The position numbers and the translations under genes were made by a program. A DNA stretch of 64,000 nt from Zancudomyces culisetae HAW-14-8. Taxonomy: Eukaryota > Fungi > Kickxellomycota. The stretch covers positions 558,001 through 622,000 of the forward strand of contig JBNJNM010000014.1 in the NCBI GenBank assembly GCA_052426225.1, in the 5' to 3' direction. Of this stretch, positions 49,424 through 60,988 are shown piece by piece (position 1 is the stretch's first letter; every line of letters begins with the position of its first letter). The notes below the pieces were generated by a model. That model saw nothing but the letters and a program-made list of their open reading frames with translations. It ran no database searches and was not told where the DNA came from.

Positions 49424-51103
49424 ATGGAAATATCAGTTCTGGGGTTGAGCTTTTACGTACACGACTATATTCTGAGTGTATTACTTTCAATACAGTTTGT
49501 TGACGACCTTGTGTTGTTTGTAACTGAGAGCGAATATAGACACATACTGGCAAATCTTATTTACCTACCATTTATGGCATGCGATATAAAATGGCTGTTA
49601 AAATACATTGTATCGGATCAATGGCTACAAGAAATGCTGGTTTTTATTAAGAACGTGGTTTTACTTTATCTATGTTGTTACCAAATATCGGGAAAAATTC
49701 GGAAAGCAGTAAAGGAACTAGCCGTGCCCTATGGTTTAAAAAAAGTAAAATGCATAGAGGCAAGTATTAACAGTAACTCTTCGAAGGGGTACAAAGGCGA
49801 AGGTAAGGTTTATGGGAAACACATGAACCAAACTATACGCAGAGTTAATTTGAAAAAGGGAAGAAGTATTTTGATTGGTGGAAGGTTTTCGTCAGAATAT
49901 GTAAAGCATCCAGAGACGATATTCAATAAAAATCGGGCTTTTCTAAGAAACCAACACAAACACACAATATTGACCAGAGGAATGAATGTGAGCGATATCC
50001 TATACAGCAGATACTTGTTACATTTTCTGTCATATGTTGATTTAAAAGAATCGATGGAAGCAATCCAACCGACCCTGGAACGTGTAATCAGGAGAGAGAT
50101 TATATCCTCTGGAAACATGTATAATGGAAATGAAGTTGTGGTCAACAATTTGTATGAAACAGTAAAAAATATGGTTAGATTTGCCGTAGTATTTAGATTT
50201 TTTGGCCCATACGCAATAAGGGATGAGGATTTGGTTGAAAGCTTAAAAAAAGTGACGAAACCGACCAGGCTTGGAGACGTCAATGATCAAGAGTTTTTTT
50301 CAACACTATTTACTGCGGGATATTTGGGCAATAACTATTTTTATGAGTATTTTGAACTTGAGTCGAGCCGCAGAAAATACCTTCCCGAATATAGTAAACC
50401 AACTGATATAATACAATTTTTTACAGACAATTTTAGCATTTTCCAAGCGGAGCTAACAAGCGTTGCGTATTGCATACAGAAAGCTATAGCCATTGGTGTG
50501 GAAGTGACATCAAGACGAATGTTTAATTTATTTGTAGAGCTTAGTCTGAGGCCTGACGTCTACAAAGATTTGCTGCAAGAGCAACAAGATCTAATTGAAA
50601 AAAATGGTGGTAACAACCATATTCCATTTGAAATGTTGGACGAAATGGTGTACTTGGATGCGTTTATTAAAGAAACGATCAGACTTTCGGGGTCGGATTT
50701 ATTCATGCCCCGTTGCACAACCCAGGAAGTAGTGATGTCTAATGGCGTGAGTATTTCTAAACATCAATATGTGAGTTTTAACATTCAGGGGCATAATAGG
50801 GATCCCGAAATATTTGGACCAAATGCGAATGAATTCGACTACAAGCGACACATTCGTCTTGGGCTGAAACTAACAGATGCTTCGTTGGCTAATTTAATGT
50901 GGGGTGCTGGAAATCGGGTCTGTCTAGCAAGAATATATGCAGCTGCACTTATGAAGCTGATGTTGGCAATGATCATTAGAAAATACGAGGTGCATGCCAA
51001 TTATGCTGTTAAAAAAGACAGACATGGACAATCCGCATTCTCTCACTATACATCCCTTAGCGATTTTTGCATAAACAAGGGGTTGTACTTTAAGATTTGT
51101 TAA
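49424..51103 (+). CDS. Divergent cytochrome P450
   Basis: YLDAFIKETIRL (ExxR), HNRDPEIFG, heme motif WGAGNRVCLA; first ATG 49424. Confidence 0.88.
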   Translation: MEISVLGLSFYVHDYILSVLLSIQFVDDLVLFVTESEYRHILANLIYLPFMACDIKWLLKYIVSDQWLQEMLVFIKNVVLLYLCCYQISGKIRKAVKELAVPYGLKKVKCIEASINSNSSKGYKGEGKVYGKHMNQTIRRVNLKKGRSILIGGRFSSEYVKHPETIFNKNRAFLRNQHKHTILTRGMNVSDILYSRYLLHFLSYVDLKESMEAIQPTLERVIRREIISSGNMYNGNEVVVNNLYETVKNMVRFAVVFRFFGPYAIRDEDLVESLKKVTKPTRLGDVNDQEFFSTLFTAGYLGNNYFYEYFELESSRRKYLPEYSKPTDIIQFFTDNFSIFQAELTSVAYCIQKAIAIGVEVTSRRMFNLFVELSLRPDVYKDLLQEQQDLIEKNGGNNHIPFEMLDEMVYLDAFIKETIRLSGSDLFMPRCTTQEVVMSNGVSISKHQYVSFNIQGHNRDPEIFGPNANEFDYKRHIRLGLKLTDASLANLMWGAGNRVCLARIYAAALMKLMLAMIIRKYEVHANYAVKKDRHGQSAFSHYTSLSDFCINKGLYFKIC

Positions 51104-51337
51104 TAATTTAGAGTATTACATATTGTTTTGTTGCTTTGGTCAATAGTTAATTAAATAAAGTGAAGATAATAATGTTTATAAACGTTCCAAAAGATAAAAG
51201 CAATACATAAAAGAGAAAAGTTGAAACATAACATTAGCATTATACCCTTGATTAGGTTTTGATAATACACAGTATTGCTATAGTATTTGACAAAAAATAC
51301 TCTTGATGTGCTTGAGGGTTTACTTTAGCTAAACACT

Positions 51338-51680
51338 AATGTATATAGTCGAGTGAAATGAAAACCTATTACTATTATGCGAACATCCAAATATTAATAT
51401 TCTCATAAATACTCATTATAGCGAATCAAATTACTGTCAGTAACTCGGGAATTATAAAGTTTATTTTAATTGTTGGGCTAATTTTTTATAAAACTGTATT
51501 TTTTTGTCTGTCATTTCATACATCATATGAATAAAAATTCTAAAGTTTAATTTGTTTTTTATCGATTTATTGTTCTATCTATTTAAACGAGTATCTAAAT
51601 AAAAATGTACTATATATAATAAGGAATGTAGACGTATGATTGTACTGGTTGTTTGTATAATTATCAAAAATATTTCTATT
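51338..51680 (+). mobile_element. Decayed 3' end (ICR, ITR, terminal extension) of a related DIRS
   Basis: Collinear with the reverse complement of 32615-32210: GAAATGAAAACCTATTACTATTATGCGAACATCC, TGTCTGTCATT..CATCAT, TTTTTATCGATTTA, GATTGTACTGG. Confidence 0.8.
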
Positions 51681-53414
51681 TAGTGCATTAAAACTCACTA
51701 ATCTAGTATTATTAGTTATATTTAAATAATCAAAATAACATCAATGTACACTTACAGACTCTAAAAGTTTAAAATTAAAGTTCTAATCATTCGTTGGTTG
51801 TAAACTTAGTACTGAGTAAAATATAGTTTGCAAACAGTTATTTTTCAATATATAAAATACATTTCTCAAATCTTACTAATTTATTTTGTGGTATGACATA
51901 CAAACACTCGTTCAATCTACTCTGATTACTTTTATGGTTTATTAAAAATGTTTTTTTGAAATAAAATTGGTATAAATTGAAATATTCAATCGTTTACTAT
52001 TTATTCCTTATGAGTTAAAAAACAGAAAATAAAGTAGATAGATTACTGAATTCAAATTTAGCTATCACTCAACAAGAAATAATTATTTTTCACTTACTTG
52101 GCTGTATGAGAGTGTGAGAAATAAATCTAGTATAATATGAAAAAGCTATAGAATAGAACATTTCTATAATTACACTTAGACTAAATATCATAAAATTAGT
52201 AAATTATCCTGTCAGTGTTAATACGACATAAACGATAGCTGGATCGAGTAATCATTTAATTTTGGCTATTCCGAACAGATTTTGATAGTCACACCACTCA
52301 TTTTAATAATCGGATGTACCAATCAAGTCTAAACTTTAGTTTCTATTAATTATGAAAAACCATATTATTAAAATAAATTAAAATATAGAATCATTTTGAA
52401 GTGCACCAGCGTATTCGTATCTCCAACTTTTTATTTTTCTTACTAACCATAGTTACAAACTTTTAAAAGTACTTTGTTGAAAAAATGTGCTCAACAATAG
52501 GTTTTATGGACTAATCACATACAAAAAGCAGTAAATTATAAAAGTTGCTATTGTGACTAGATCATGTTCCGTTGATCCTCTTTACTTTAGAACTCAAAAA
52601 ATAGAAATTGAAAATTTTCCTACAAACTCAGCAATTGCGATAGCCAAAAATTATACAAAGCAGATAATATTAACACATAGGTTTAATTAAACTTTCAATT
52701 TAAGACATGTACACTGTTTGGCTGCCACACTGTCTAGGACGGTGATATACTATTTAAAATTGATCTACATTTTCACACCACTAGGAACAATGAAATCCTA
52801 GTTATACCATTTATATTCCTCAGCGTATAAACTTTCAATGCCAAACCAATAGAATTTTAGCATATTTTTGAGCTACAATTACTACAAGTTCAGAAATGTA
52901 ACTCCTCATTAAAATATTCTAATATCTCTCATTCTCGACTTGGCCAAGAAATTTCAAATTGGATTAACGAAATTGTTCACCTTGAGATGTTAGTATTTAA
53001 TGGAATTTTATAGCACTGGTTCAGGGGCTATTTCAACTATTTTACTGGACTTTTTATTAATACTATACTTTTATTATTGATTTTTTAGTCTCATCTTTAG
53101 ATCTAGTATTTTTTGCTTATTCATAATTAATATTTTTACTAGAGTAAACAAACGTATTTCTTAAATATTGAAATATGAATACTAGATTCTAAGGCTCGCT
53201 CAGATTTATGTCCTTACTTTAGCTATTTTTCATGTAAAACAGTATGTTTTTAATCAAGTAAATTAAATAAGATTTTTACAACGACCCGTTTGTGTTTAGT
53301 TTCAAAAAAATATAAATAGCGATATTACTACTTCAAGTTTAACTTCATAATAACTAAACGAGACAAGATCAAAATAACGACAAAGTTCATTCCTGAAAAA
53401 GAAAACCTCTAAAA

Positions 53415-53810
53415 ATGCGCGTTTCAAGTTATACATTGGCCATCCAGCTTCTATCAGCTACTCAAACCCTGCTAGTATCGGGCCATTGCCATCATCACCA
53501 CCATGGGTCCTCTCGACCAACCTTACACGTTAAAGTATTCTCAGGCTACCGCTTTTCAGGAGATGTAATAAACGACTTCCAAATGAGAAAACACAAGTGT
53601 TATAACATTGAGCAGGGCACCTCAGCGCAATTTCTTAATCCCACGAATAGATCAGAAGGAATGCTGCTATGCAGAGAAAACGACTGTAGAGGTGTGTGTA
53701 CAGTAAATACCAGGTTTTTACAAACTGGTATGTGGAATTTTCCTGAAGATCTCAAGTCTGGTCCACTTTCAATTAAATGGGTGTCAATGGGTACTGCCCC
53801 CAACGAGTAA
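53415..53810 (+). CDS. Small secreted beta/gamma-crystallin-like protein (paralog 2, His-rich N-terminus)
   Basis: VFSGYRFSG..KCYN..CRENDCRGVC..SIKW. Confidence 0.8.
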   Translation: MRVSSYTLAIQLLSATQTLLVSGHCHHHHHGSSRPTLHVKVFSGYRFSGDVINDFQMRKHKCYNIEQGTSAQFLNPTNRSEGMLLCRENDCRGVCTVNTRFLQTGMWNFPEDLKSGPLSIKWVSMGTAPNE

Positions 53811-54417
53811 TCTTTAATACACCTTTATAACTGATAATAAGTCACTTTAGAGTCAAGTTTAGTGAATGAAAATATTATTTTTCTAGCCTTAAAAAGCTGA
53901 GATTAATTAAAGTACCCAATCTTTGCATAAATAAATTACAATATTCTACTTTAAAGCGAAACCAAAATGATCCATAACTTTTAGTATTTACGTATATTTT
54001 AGTTGATAGTATATTTTAATGTCACTACAAGTACACAAAAATTAAAAAGATAGTAGGTAAAAAATTTCTTAAAACATAATATGAAAAGTCTGTTTCCACA
54101 AGTCTAGAGACAGCATACTCACTGGTAATTGATCAGATGATGTATTTTCTGCCTTAGGTAGATCAAAGCCAATTATCTTAATAAACTATGTGTACTTTAC
54201 CAATGGTAATATTACTAATTTAGTAAACAGAATAAATTAGATACTGGTAATTTAATTGCTATCTAGTAGTTAATTCTGAATTTATATTCGATTCATGCAG
54301 CAATATATTGTATCTTCATGTATGTTGTTCGATATTATTTATTTAAATAATATATAAAGACCCTTAGAATTAGTTAAAGTAACGACTAAAACCAATAAAG
54401 TTTTAAAGACTTGCAAG

Positions 54418-54834
54418 TTAGTAGTAGTATCCACCGTAGTATGGGTAGCTGTAACCGTAACCGTAACCGTAGCCATACGATGGATATCCGTAGTACCCGC
54501 CGTAGTATGGGTATCCATAGTATCCGTACCACCAACGGTCATCGGTTCCATTTCCTGCATCACCGCCTTCTGCTGAAGGATCAACAGTTTGAGCAGAATC
54601 GTCGTCAGCTGGTGCAACTTCCTCCTCCTCGTCAGCACGCTTGCGGTAGGCTGGAGCGGCAAAGCGGTTGTTAAAGGCAGGGCGAGATGGTGGAGCATAT
54701 CTTCCAAAGTCCTGGACCTGTCCCATTGGTGGTTGCATAGGTCCGACATTTGCTCTTGGTCTTGGAGCGGATGCAGCATTTACTGATACTGTGGCAACTG
54801 CGGCAGTGAAGAGTGCGAGTGTTGATTTTACCAT
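54418..54834 (-). CDS. Secreted precursor of a Tyr/Gly-rich peptide
   Basis: Signal peptide, RKR site, acidic spacer, C-terminal WWYGYYGYPYYGGYYGYPSYGYGYGYGYSYPYYGGYYY. Confidence 0.85.
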   Translation of the reverse strand: MVKSTLALFTAAVATVSVNAASAPRPRANVGPMQPPMGQVQDFGRYAPPSRPAFNNRFAAPAYRKRADEEEEVAPADDDSAQTVDPSAEGGDAGNGTDDRWWYGYYGYPYYGGYYGYPSYGYGYGYGYSYPYYGGYYY

Positions 54835-56115
54835 TTTTGATATCTAGTTTAAAATGAGCGTTGTATGTAGCTGATTGCTAATGCAATATTTTAATACAAA
54901 TGATTGTGATTATGCTTTAAATTGATACTTGAGGAACTTCAACTGTTGATAATTTTTTATTTTGGCAGTGATATCTTGACCCATTTTATACTTTTTCTAT
55001 TCTCATTTTTAATCTACTTTACTCTTTAATCGCAAATAACGGATTTCCTATATTATCTTTAAAGAATTCCAGAATAGTCTAATTTTAGAACCGTAAAGAA
55101 TATTGGTAATGATTATAGGGCTAAATTTGAATGTATGTGTAATTTTAAAGAATCAGGTTAGTAATTTACCATAACCGTAACTCTAATATTTTAAAAAATT
55201 GTTATTTTGTAGTAAGTGTTAAAGCACAAAGAGCAAACAATATTAACTTGTGTTCGATAATTGTGTTTACTTGATTTATGGTAAAGTAAAACGCGAGCTT
55301 AACAAATACGCTAGAGGTATTTTTAATTCTTACATAACACAAAACAAAGTCTTTATTTTATTTGAATTTGACTTTTGAATAACAAATACCAAAGTATAAT
55401 CATACCCGTGCTACAACCAGTTATGGATTATTGGTAATTTAATTCATCCTAATGATATTTAACCAGAGCAAATAATTATCGATTTAATGGTGATTTAGTG
55501 AAAAAAATAAATTGAACTAAAAATAGTATTTATAGTCAATCTATTCTTAGAAATTGTTTAAATTATCTAAACCAAATAGAGTAGTTCCGATCCAATTATA
55601 TTGATAATTTTAATATGTCTTTACTTTCACCCTTCTTTTTTATATTGAGTAATAATTGTTGTAGACGGAAAATAATAAAAATACTATTATTAACATAATG
55701 TAAATGACCATAAGATCGCCCCTTCCCAATGATTACAAATTGTCTAAAATAAGTAAAATAGTGAGAATGAAGCAGCGTTTCAAATTTTATCATACTAGGT
55801 AAGCATATTTACTTTTTTAGATTGCACTAGTGAATCTTGGTGTTCTAATGGCACAAATAAACATTATTATACAGCTAAACAAAATGTATCAAAGTTTGTG
55901 TATGGTTTTATTGTTTGGTAGTTTAACTTAGATGGAAAATAGAGTCTAATTAACATCACATGTTTCCAACTATCTTGATTAAAAAATCGAACCAAAAAGA
56001 CAGCAATAGATAAAAAGAATTTAGTATATTTATCAAGATAAAGAAAAATAAAACATAGCTACAGCACGTTTTTAGAGGGTACAATTTATAAATATTGTAT
56101 AAATAATGTAAAAAA

Positions 56116-56337
56116 CTATAAGACCAGTTGAGAGAGAACGGTCTGATACCCGCATGTTGTCAGGCTTCTCATACGCAAAAAGGCTTGATCAGCAAGCTCT
56201 TTAAATGGGCCATGTGACTCTCTGGAATCCACCTTCATATTGATGGTTCCAGAGCGATCACTGTCTGATGAATAACGGCCTTCATCCTTGGCCTGCTGGA
56301 TCCATGCTGTTTTCAGTTTATGCATAAGACCTGACAT
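56116..56337 (-). CDS. Hypothetical 73-aa protein
   Basis: GC-elevated island in very AT-rich DNA with an AAAATG start context; no family recognised. Confidence 0.55.
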   Translation of the reverse strand: MSGLMHKLKTAWIQQAKDEGRYSSDSDRSGTINMKVDSRESHGPFKELADQAFLRMRSLTTCGYQTVLSQLVL

Positions 56338-57101
56338 TTTGATTGAGATTTTAATATTTAAAGTTTTATAAGTTTAACTAGCCGTAGCACTATTATCTTT
56401 TTTTGTTATAACTAAAACCAATACATTTTACTTTTAAAGTATTCTTTATTTCTTTTCTCTTACTCTTATAAAATTTTGAACTATTAAAAGAGCTAAGAAA
56501 TCCTCATTGAGGCTTACTTTGTTTATATATAACTATTTCATTAAAATATTAATAGCTATATTTATTTTACCTATGTTTCAATATTGATTTACTGTGTTCT
56601 TGCCTGTGGTTATGGTGTTTGATTCTTTTTATGTTCTGTTTGTTTTTATATCAAAAAATCGATATACTATTTAATAAAAAATATTTTTATTTGTATTTCA
56701 ATTTTATTATTTTTCTGTGACTATTCGATCTGTATTTCATTGATAACTGTTATCATAATTTTTAAAATTTTTTTTGTTGAATATTAGTTTATTGAAATAC
56801 TGTTAATTAAAATATTTATTTGTTTTAATTGTGCCCAGCACGATCCGGGTACACTCATAAAGTACTTTCAAGCTCTTAAGTCTACAAAAATAATAAAAAA
56901 ATAAGCTAATGAACTCTACCTTTGATAATTAGCCGAGATGCAACACAATAGTCCAGTCAAAGGGAAAACCAACAGCGCAACATATGAAATTATATATTTA
57001 TTATCTCAAGAGATAGCTGCCATTATATCCTAGTAATATGATAATACCTACTATATACACAATATACTAATACCCGTAATATAAATAACTTTTAATAATA
57101 G

Positions 57102-57560
57102 CTACCAACACTACAAACAAACGCTAATACGAATCGATCTGGGAACCGTCATACAAATGCATTTGATTTATCAGGATTTGGAAACCTAAATTCCCGAAAT
57201 ACAAACAACAATAGTAGTTCTACCAGCAACATAAACGCTGGAGCAAGTACCTCGGTATCAAAATTGAACTCTGATACGCTGTTTCATCGACTAAAGCTTG
57301 ATTCTAGTTTAATAGACAAATCACCTCTTCCTCAAGAACCAGAAAACTCTTGGGATACTAACCCATCAAAACTTGCAGATTTATTTACTAAACGCAAAGA
57401 GTTTATGGTTTTGCAGGCACGAAAGTAAGAAACTACATTCTAGTGGTGTTTTCTATACAATACGAGTGTTTTTCAATGTTTTTTTACATCTATTTTTACA
57501 AATAGAAAATTCCTGAAAGACAAAGGCAGCTTACTGAAAAGGCACAATAGACTAGGATAA
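57102..57560 (+). pseudogene. Cue1-like ERAD adaptor 3' exons (Ubc7-binding region); upstream CUE exon degenerate
   Basis: Exon 57102-57424 plus intron 57425-57505 gives DTLFHRLKL..PENSWDTNPSKLADLFTKRKEFMVLQARKKFLK; the upstream region has stops/frameshifts. Confidence 0.6.
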
Positions 57561-58752
57561 TTTTTTTTGGCGCCATTTAGGTATTATGAATAGCTTACCC
57601 TGATATTAATATATAACTTTTTAATAATATCCCACAGAAAACAGACAGAAAACAGACAGAAAAGCGCAGATTATTAGAAAAATTTATCAAAAACCTGTGT
57701 TGCTACTTTACTACCTGTAATTCAGTTAAAAGGATGAATAATGTGTCTAACCACTTATCTATTCTTCACCATTCGCTCATGGTATCCTCAAAAGGTGATA
57801 AAATTTATATTTTCCGCTAAACCTCGTAATTATAAAGAAAAGTAGCACATCTTCATAATGCTTGCTTGTCACTTTTTAAACAAATTTATTTACTTTATGT
57901 ACTGATAATATTATCAAATGTTATGGCTAGGTTTATTATAGTTCTATCTAGTCTAAAATGTATTTACTAAAAGTGTCCTTGTTGAATGTAGTTCACTTTA
58001 CAAATAATCACCTGGTAACTCTCACCGTCGTAACTAGGCGCAGTACTGGATAACGTTCAAGAGTTATTCTTAAGTTACGATTAGTTTTCTTTATTTTTTA
58101 ATGCTCAAACCTTAATCTATTCAAAATATTAAGATTATTATTATTATATGATAATATTGTAAAATGTCTTTCTTATTTTTATTTTTTTTCTCGGTCTGTT
58201 TGAAAACGAAGGGTAATTTAACCCTTGTAAAAGTTGGGGTCCGGTTTCATATAAATTAAATGACTTAACCGACTCGATTCTGATACAAGCCTGACGCCCG
58301 TTTCAAACTCATCCCGGCAGGTTTACATTTGAATTTGAGATAACCCCTAATCACATTACGCGACTACAAAATCTAGATTCCTGAATTAATTAACGATAAC
58401 CATATTTGTACTTGTATAAAATGAAGATATTAAATTCGCTAGAAATTAGTGAGCTGACATATTATCTCATAGGTTACCTCACATGATTGATAAAAATGTA
58501 CAAAAGCCTTATATTTATATTCTGGGCAGACCTCTGGAAGTGCAAATAAGCGTAAGGCGGATCTGCTTTAATTTAAAAGACAAATGCTTTATTTAAACGT
58601 TTTTGTTTTGCTAATTAAATAAACTGTAACCTAGAGTTTAAGTCCACTGTAATTAATTAATTAATTTTTAGTATATTAAACACCGAAAATTGTAAGTCGA
58701 GGCTAGCGTTCAAAATTAAATTTAGCGTATTGGTTATCATTTTTGAATTTAG

Positions 58753-59021
58753 AAAAGTATATTAACTTGTAGCTCAAAGTTTACATTCTAGAAACGTATA
58801 GGTATAATGCAACAATAAGCCCATTACAATATTATACAAAGTGAAGTGGTGTTTTGTATAAGTAAGGAATTACATGAGAAATAAAAGTATACTAACTTGT
58901 AGCTCAAAGTTGACATTCTAGAAACGTGTAGGTATAATGCAACAATAAGCCCATTACAATATTATACAAAGTGAAGTGGCGTTTTGTATAAGTAAGATAT
59001 TTCATGAGAAATAAAAGTATA
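58753..59021 (+). repeat. Two-copy 130-bp tandem duplication in the promoter of 59123
   Basis: AAAAGTAT starts at 58753, 58883 and 59013; copies near-identical; ends at a TATAAAAG box. Confidence 0.92.
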
Positions 59022-59122
59022 AAAGGGGTTACAATTCCCTTCAAGTTGTAGAATACATATCACGAGTAGAATAAACAATTCACTTATTAGACGAAAAAAT
59101 CTTTCAAAAGTTAATCAAAAAA

Positions 59123-59533
59123 ATGAAGTTCTCCGTATTCAGCATGATGTGCTTGAGCCTGGGTATGACCAGTGCATACAGCATCGCAGATTCAAATCAA
59201 GCTGCCAAAAACAAACAAGCAGACAACAGTCCCAACCGCCTTTGTGGTTGTCATCATCAAAAAAAAATGAAGCTTGAGATTTTCAGTAAAACCCATTATC
59301 AAGGGAAAAGTCAAATCAAACATTTGAAACCAGGTCGCTGCTATAACATTCCAAGTACCGGAAGTGCAAAAATGGACGATGGTAAACCAGGAAGTGGAGA
59401 TATTACGTTTTGTGTAGAGGCAGACTGTCAAGGGCACTGCTTTACCGCATCTAGAAGCATTCTACTTTATCCAGATAATATCCCAGGAATTGATCTTGGT
59501 GCTTATGCAAAATCAGTAGGATGGACTCTCTAG
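59123..59533 (+). CDS. Small secreted beta/gamma-crystallin-like protein (paralog 3)
   Basis: Signal peptide; PNRLCGC; IFSKTHYQG..RCYN..CVEADCQGHC..SVGW. Confidence 0.85.
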   Translation: MKFSVFSMMCLSLGMTSAYSIADSNQAAKNKQADNSPNRLCGCHHQKKMKLEIFSKTHYQGKSQIKHLKPGRCYNIPSTGSAKMDDGKPGSGDITFCVEADCQGHCFTASRSILLYPDNIPGIDLGAYAKSVGWTL

Positions 59534-59864
59534 TGGGTATTTTAGAACTATTTGAAAAGGTTTTACTAGTTAGTATATAGAAGTTTCAATACCTAAACTG
59601 GATTTGACACTTGCTCTATAGATATTTATTAATTTAAATATTGCAAGTGGAAATAAACTATTTTACTGCTATAAGTTCAAATGTACAAGCTGGTGCTTTA
59701 AATAATCTATATATATCAAAGTTTTTTTAATTCTGACTTTTCTAGTATGCCGATCTTATTAAAGATAATCTACATATATGGGGAATAAAAGTTTGCATTT
59801 TAACCAAATAATTAATCAAGAGATTGAACTTGAAAGCATTAATTGGATTAAATCATGTTATTAG

Positions 59865-60988
59865 TTGTTATGAATACACTTGTATCACAACAGTATTGTA
59901 TATTAAATACATAAAAATTAATGTTTATTAATGATAATCTTGTATATCATTAATATTATTTAATTATAAGTTTATATATTTAATTATTATTATATTATTA
60001 GTTTTAAACATTAATATAGTGCATATTAATGATGTTCGCTTAATAGTATATTATAATTGGTTTTATTACTAGTTTAAGTTTTATATTAATATTTATAACA
60101 AACTTAATTGTATAAAAGGTGATTCATTTCCTTTTCATGAACAATTATGTTTGTCATTCTCGTTTAACAATAATAAAGATATTATTAACTAATATTTTAT
60201 TATTACTGTGTGTTTTAAGCTAGTATAATTAATAATAACTTTTATAAATTAACTGTGTTTTAATTTGTTAATACCATCATTATTGTGTATAATATTGGTA
60301 TCTAACACTGCTTGACCGTGCGAGAATGCGCATTAAAGGGTATTCAGAACCCTTCCTTGATCACCTGGAGTACTCATTGGTGATCGGTAAGCTTCCATGC
60401 CTCCTGGAAGAGCTTCAGTCAACCCCTTACTTTCGGGGTCTGATGCTGTTGCCACCCCGAAAATTATTCTTAGGAGTATTGAAACGGGGCTGCCTCTGCT
60501 CATGGACCAGCTGTGGCTCTTGGAGCTGTGACTGCTGTGTTAGATACCGAAATTATACACAATATAGATATTATTAACATTTTAACACACAGTTAATTTA
60601 TAAAAGCTATTATTAATAATTAGTATAAAACTCGCAGTAATACATGCAATAATACATGTTATTATCTTTATTATCGTTAAATGTGATATCAAACAAATTT
60701 TACTTGTAAAGGTATATTATCTCCGTATATACAATTAAGCTTGTAATAATTATTTATATATAACTTAATCTAAAAAGCGTATTATTTAATATACACAATA
60801 TTAATGTTGATAGGATTATTATTGATTTTGAATATCAATCTAATGTTTTAAACTGATACTTATTATTAAATAAATAATATAAACTTGTAATACAATAATA
60901 TATGAAACACAACTATATCATTAATATAAATTAATTATATTGTATTTAATATTCAATATCGTTAAGATACATGTATATTCTAAAACAA
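59865..60988. repeat. Long imperfect AT-rich inverted repeat (fold-back): arms ~59865-60308 and 60537-~60988
   Basis: Arms are reverse-complementary along their length, e.g. TATTGTGTATAATATTGGTATCTAACAC / GTGTTAGATACCGAAATTATACACAATA; roughly three-quarters paired. Confidence 0.92.
60307..60536 (-). mobile_element. Captured fragment of a related DIRS (gag C-terminus/pol N-terminus) in the fold-back apex
   Basis: Aligns to ~35363-35590: gag frame EPQLVHEQRQ..NNFRGGNSIRPRK* vs EPQQIQQQRQ..GNFRFANSSKHRK*; pol frame FQEAW..LQVIKEGF*IPF vs FQEAW..LQVISEGFRIPF. Confidence 0.9.

Noticed and set aside
60436-60462. Hammerhead-like CTGATG...GAAA
   Set aside because: Core is CUGAUGC rather than CUGANGA and the required stems are absent; explained by the DIRS gag-end hairpin
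60326-60577. 83-aa plus-strand ORF in the hairpin loop
   Set aside because: It is the antisense reading of the captured DIRS fragment; no independent coding evidence
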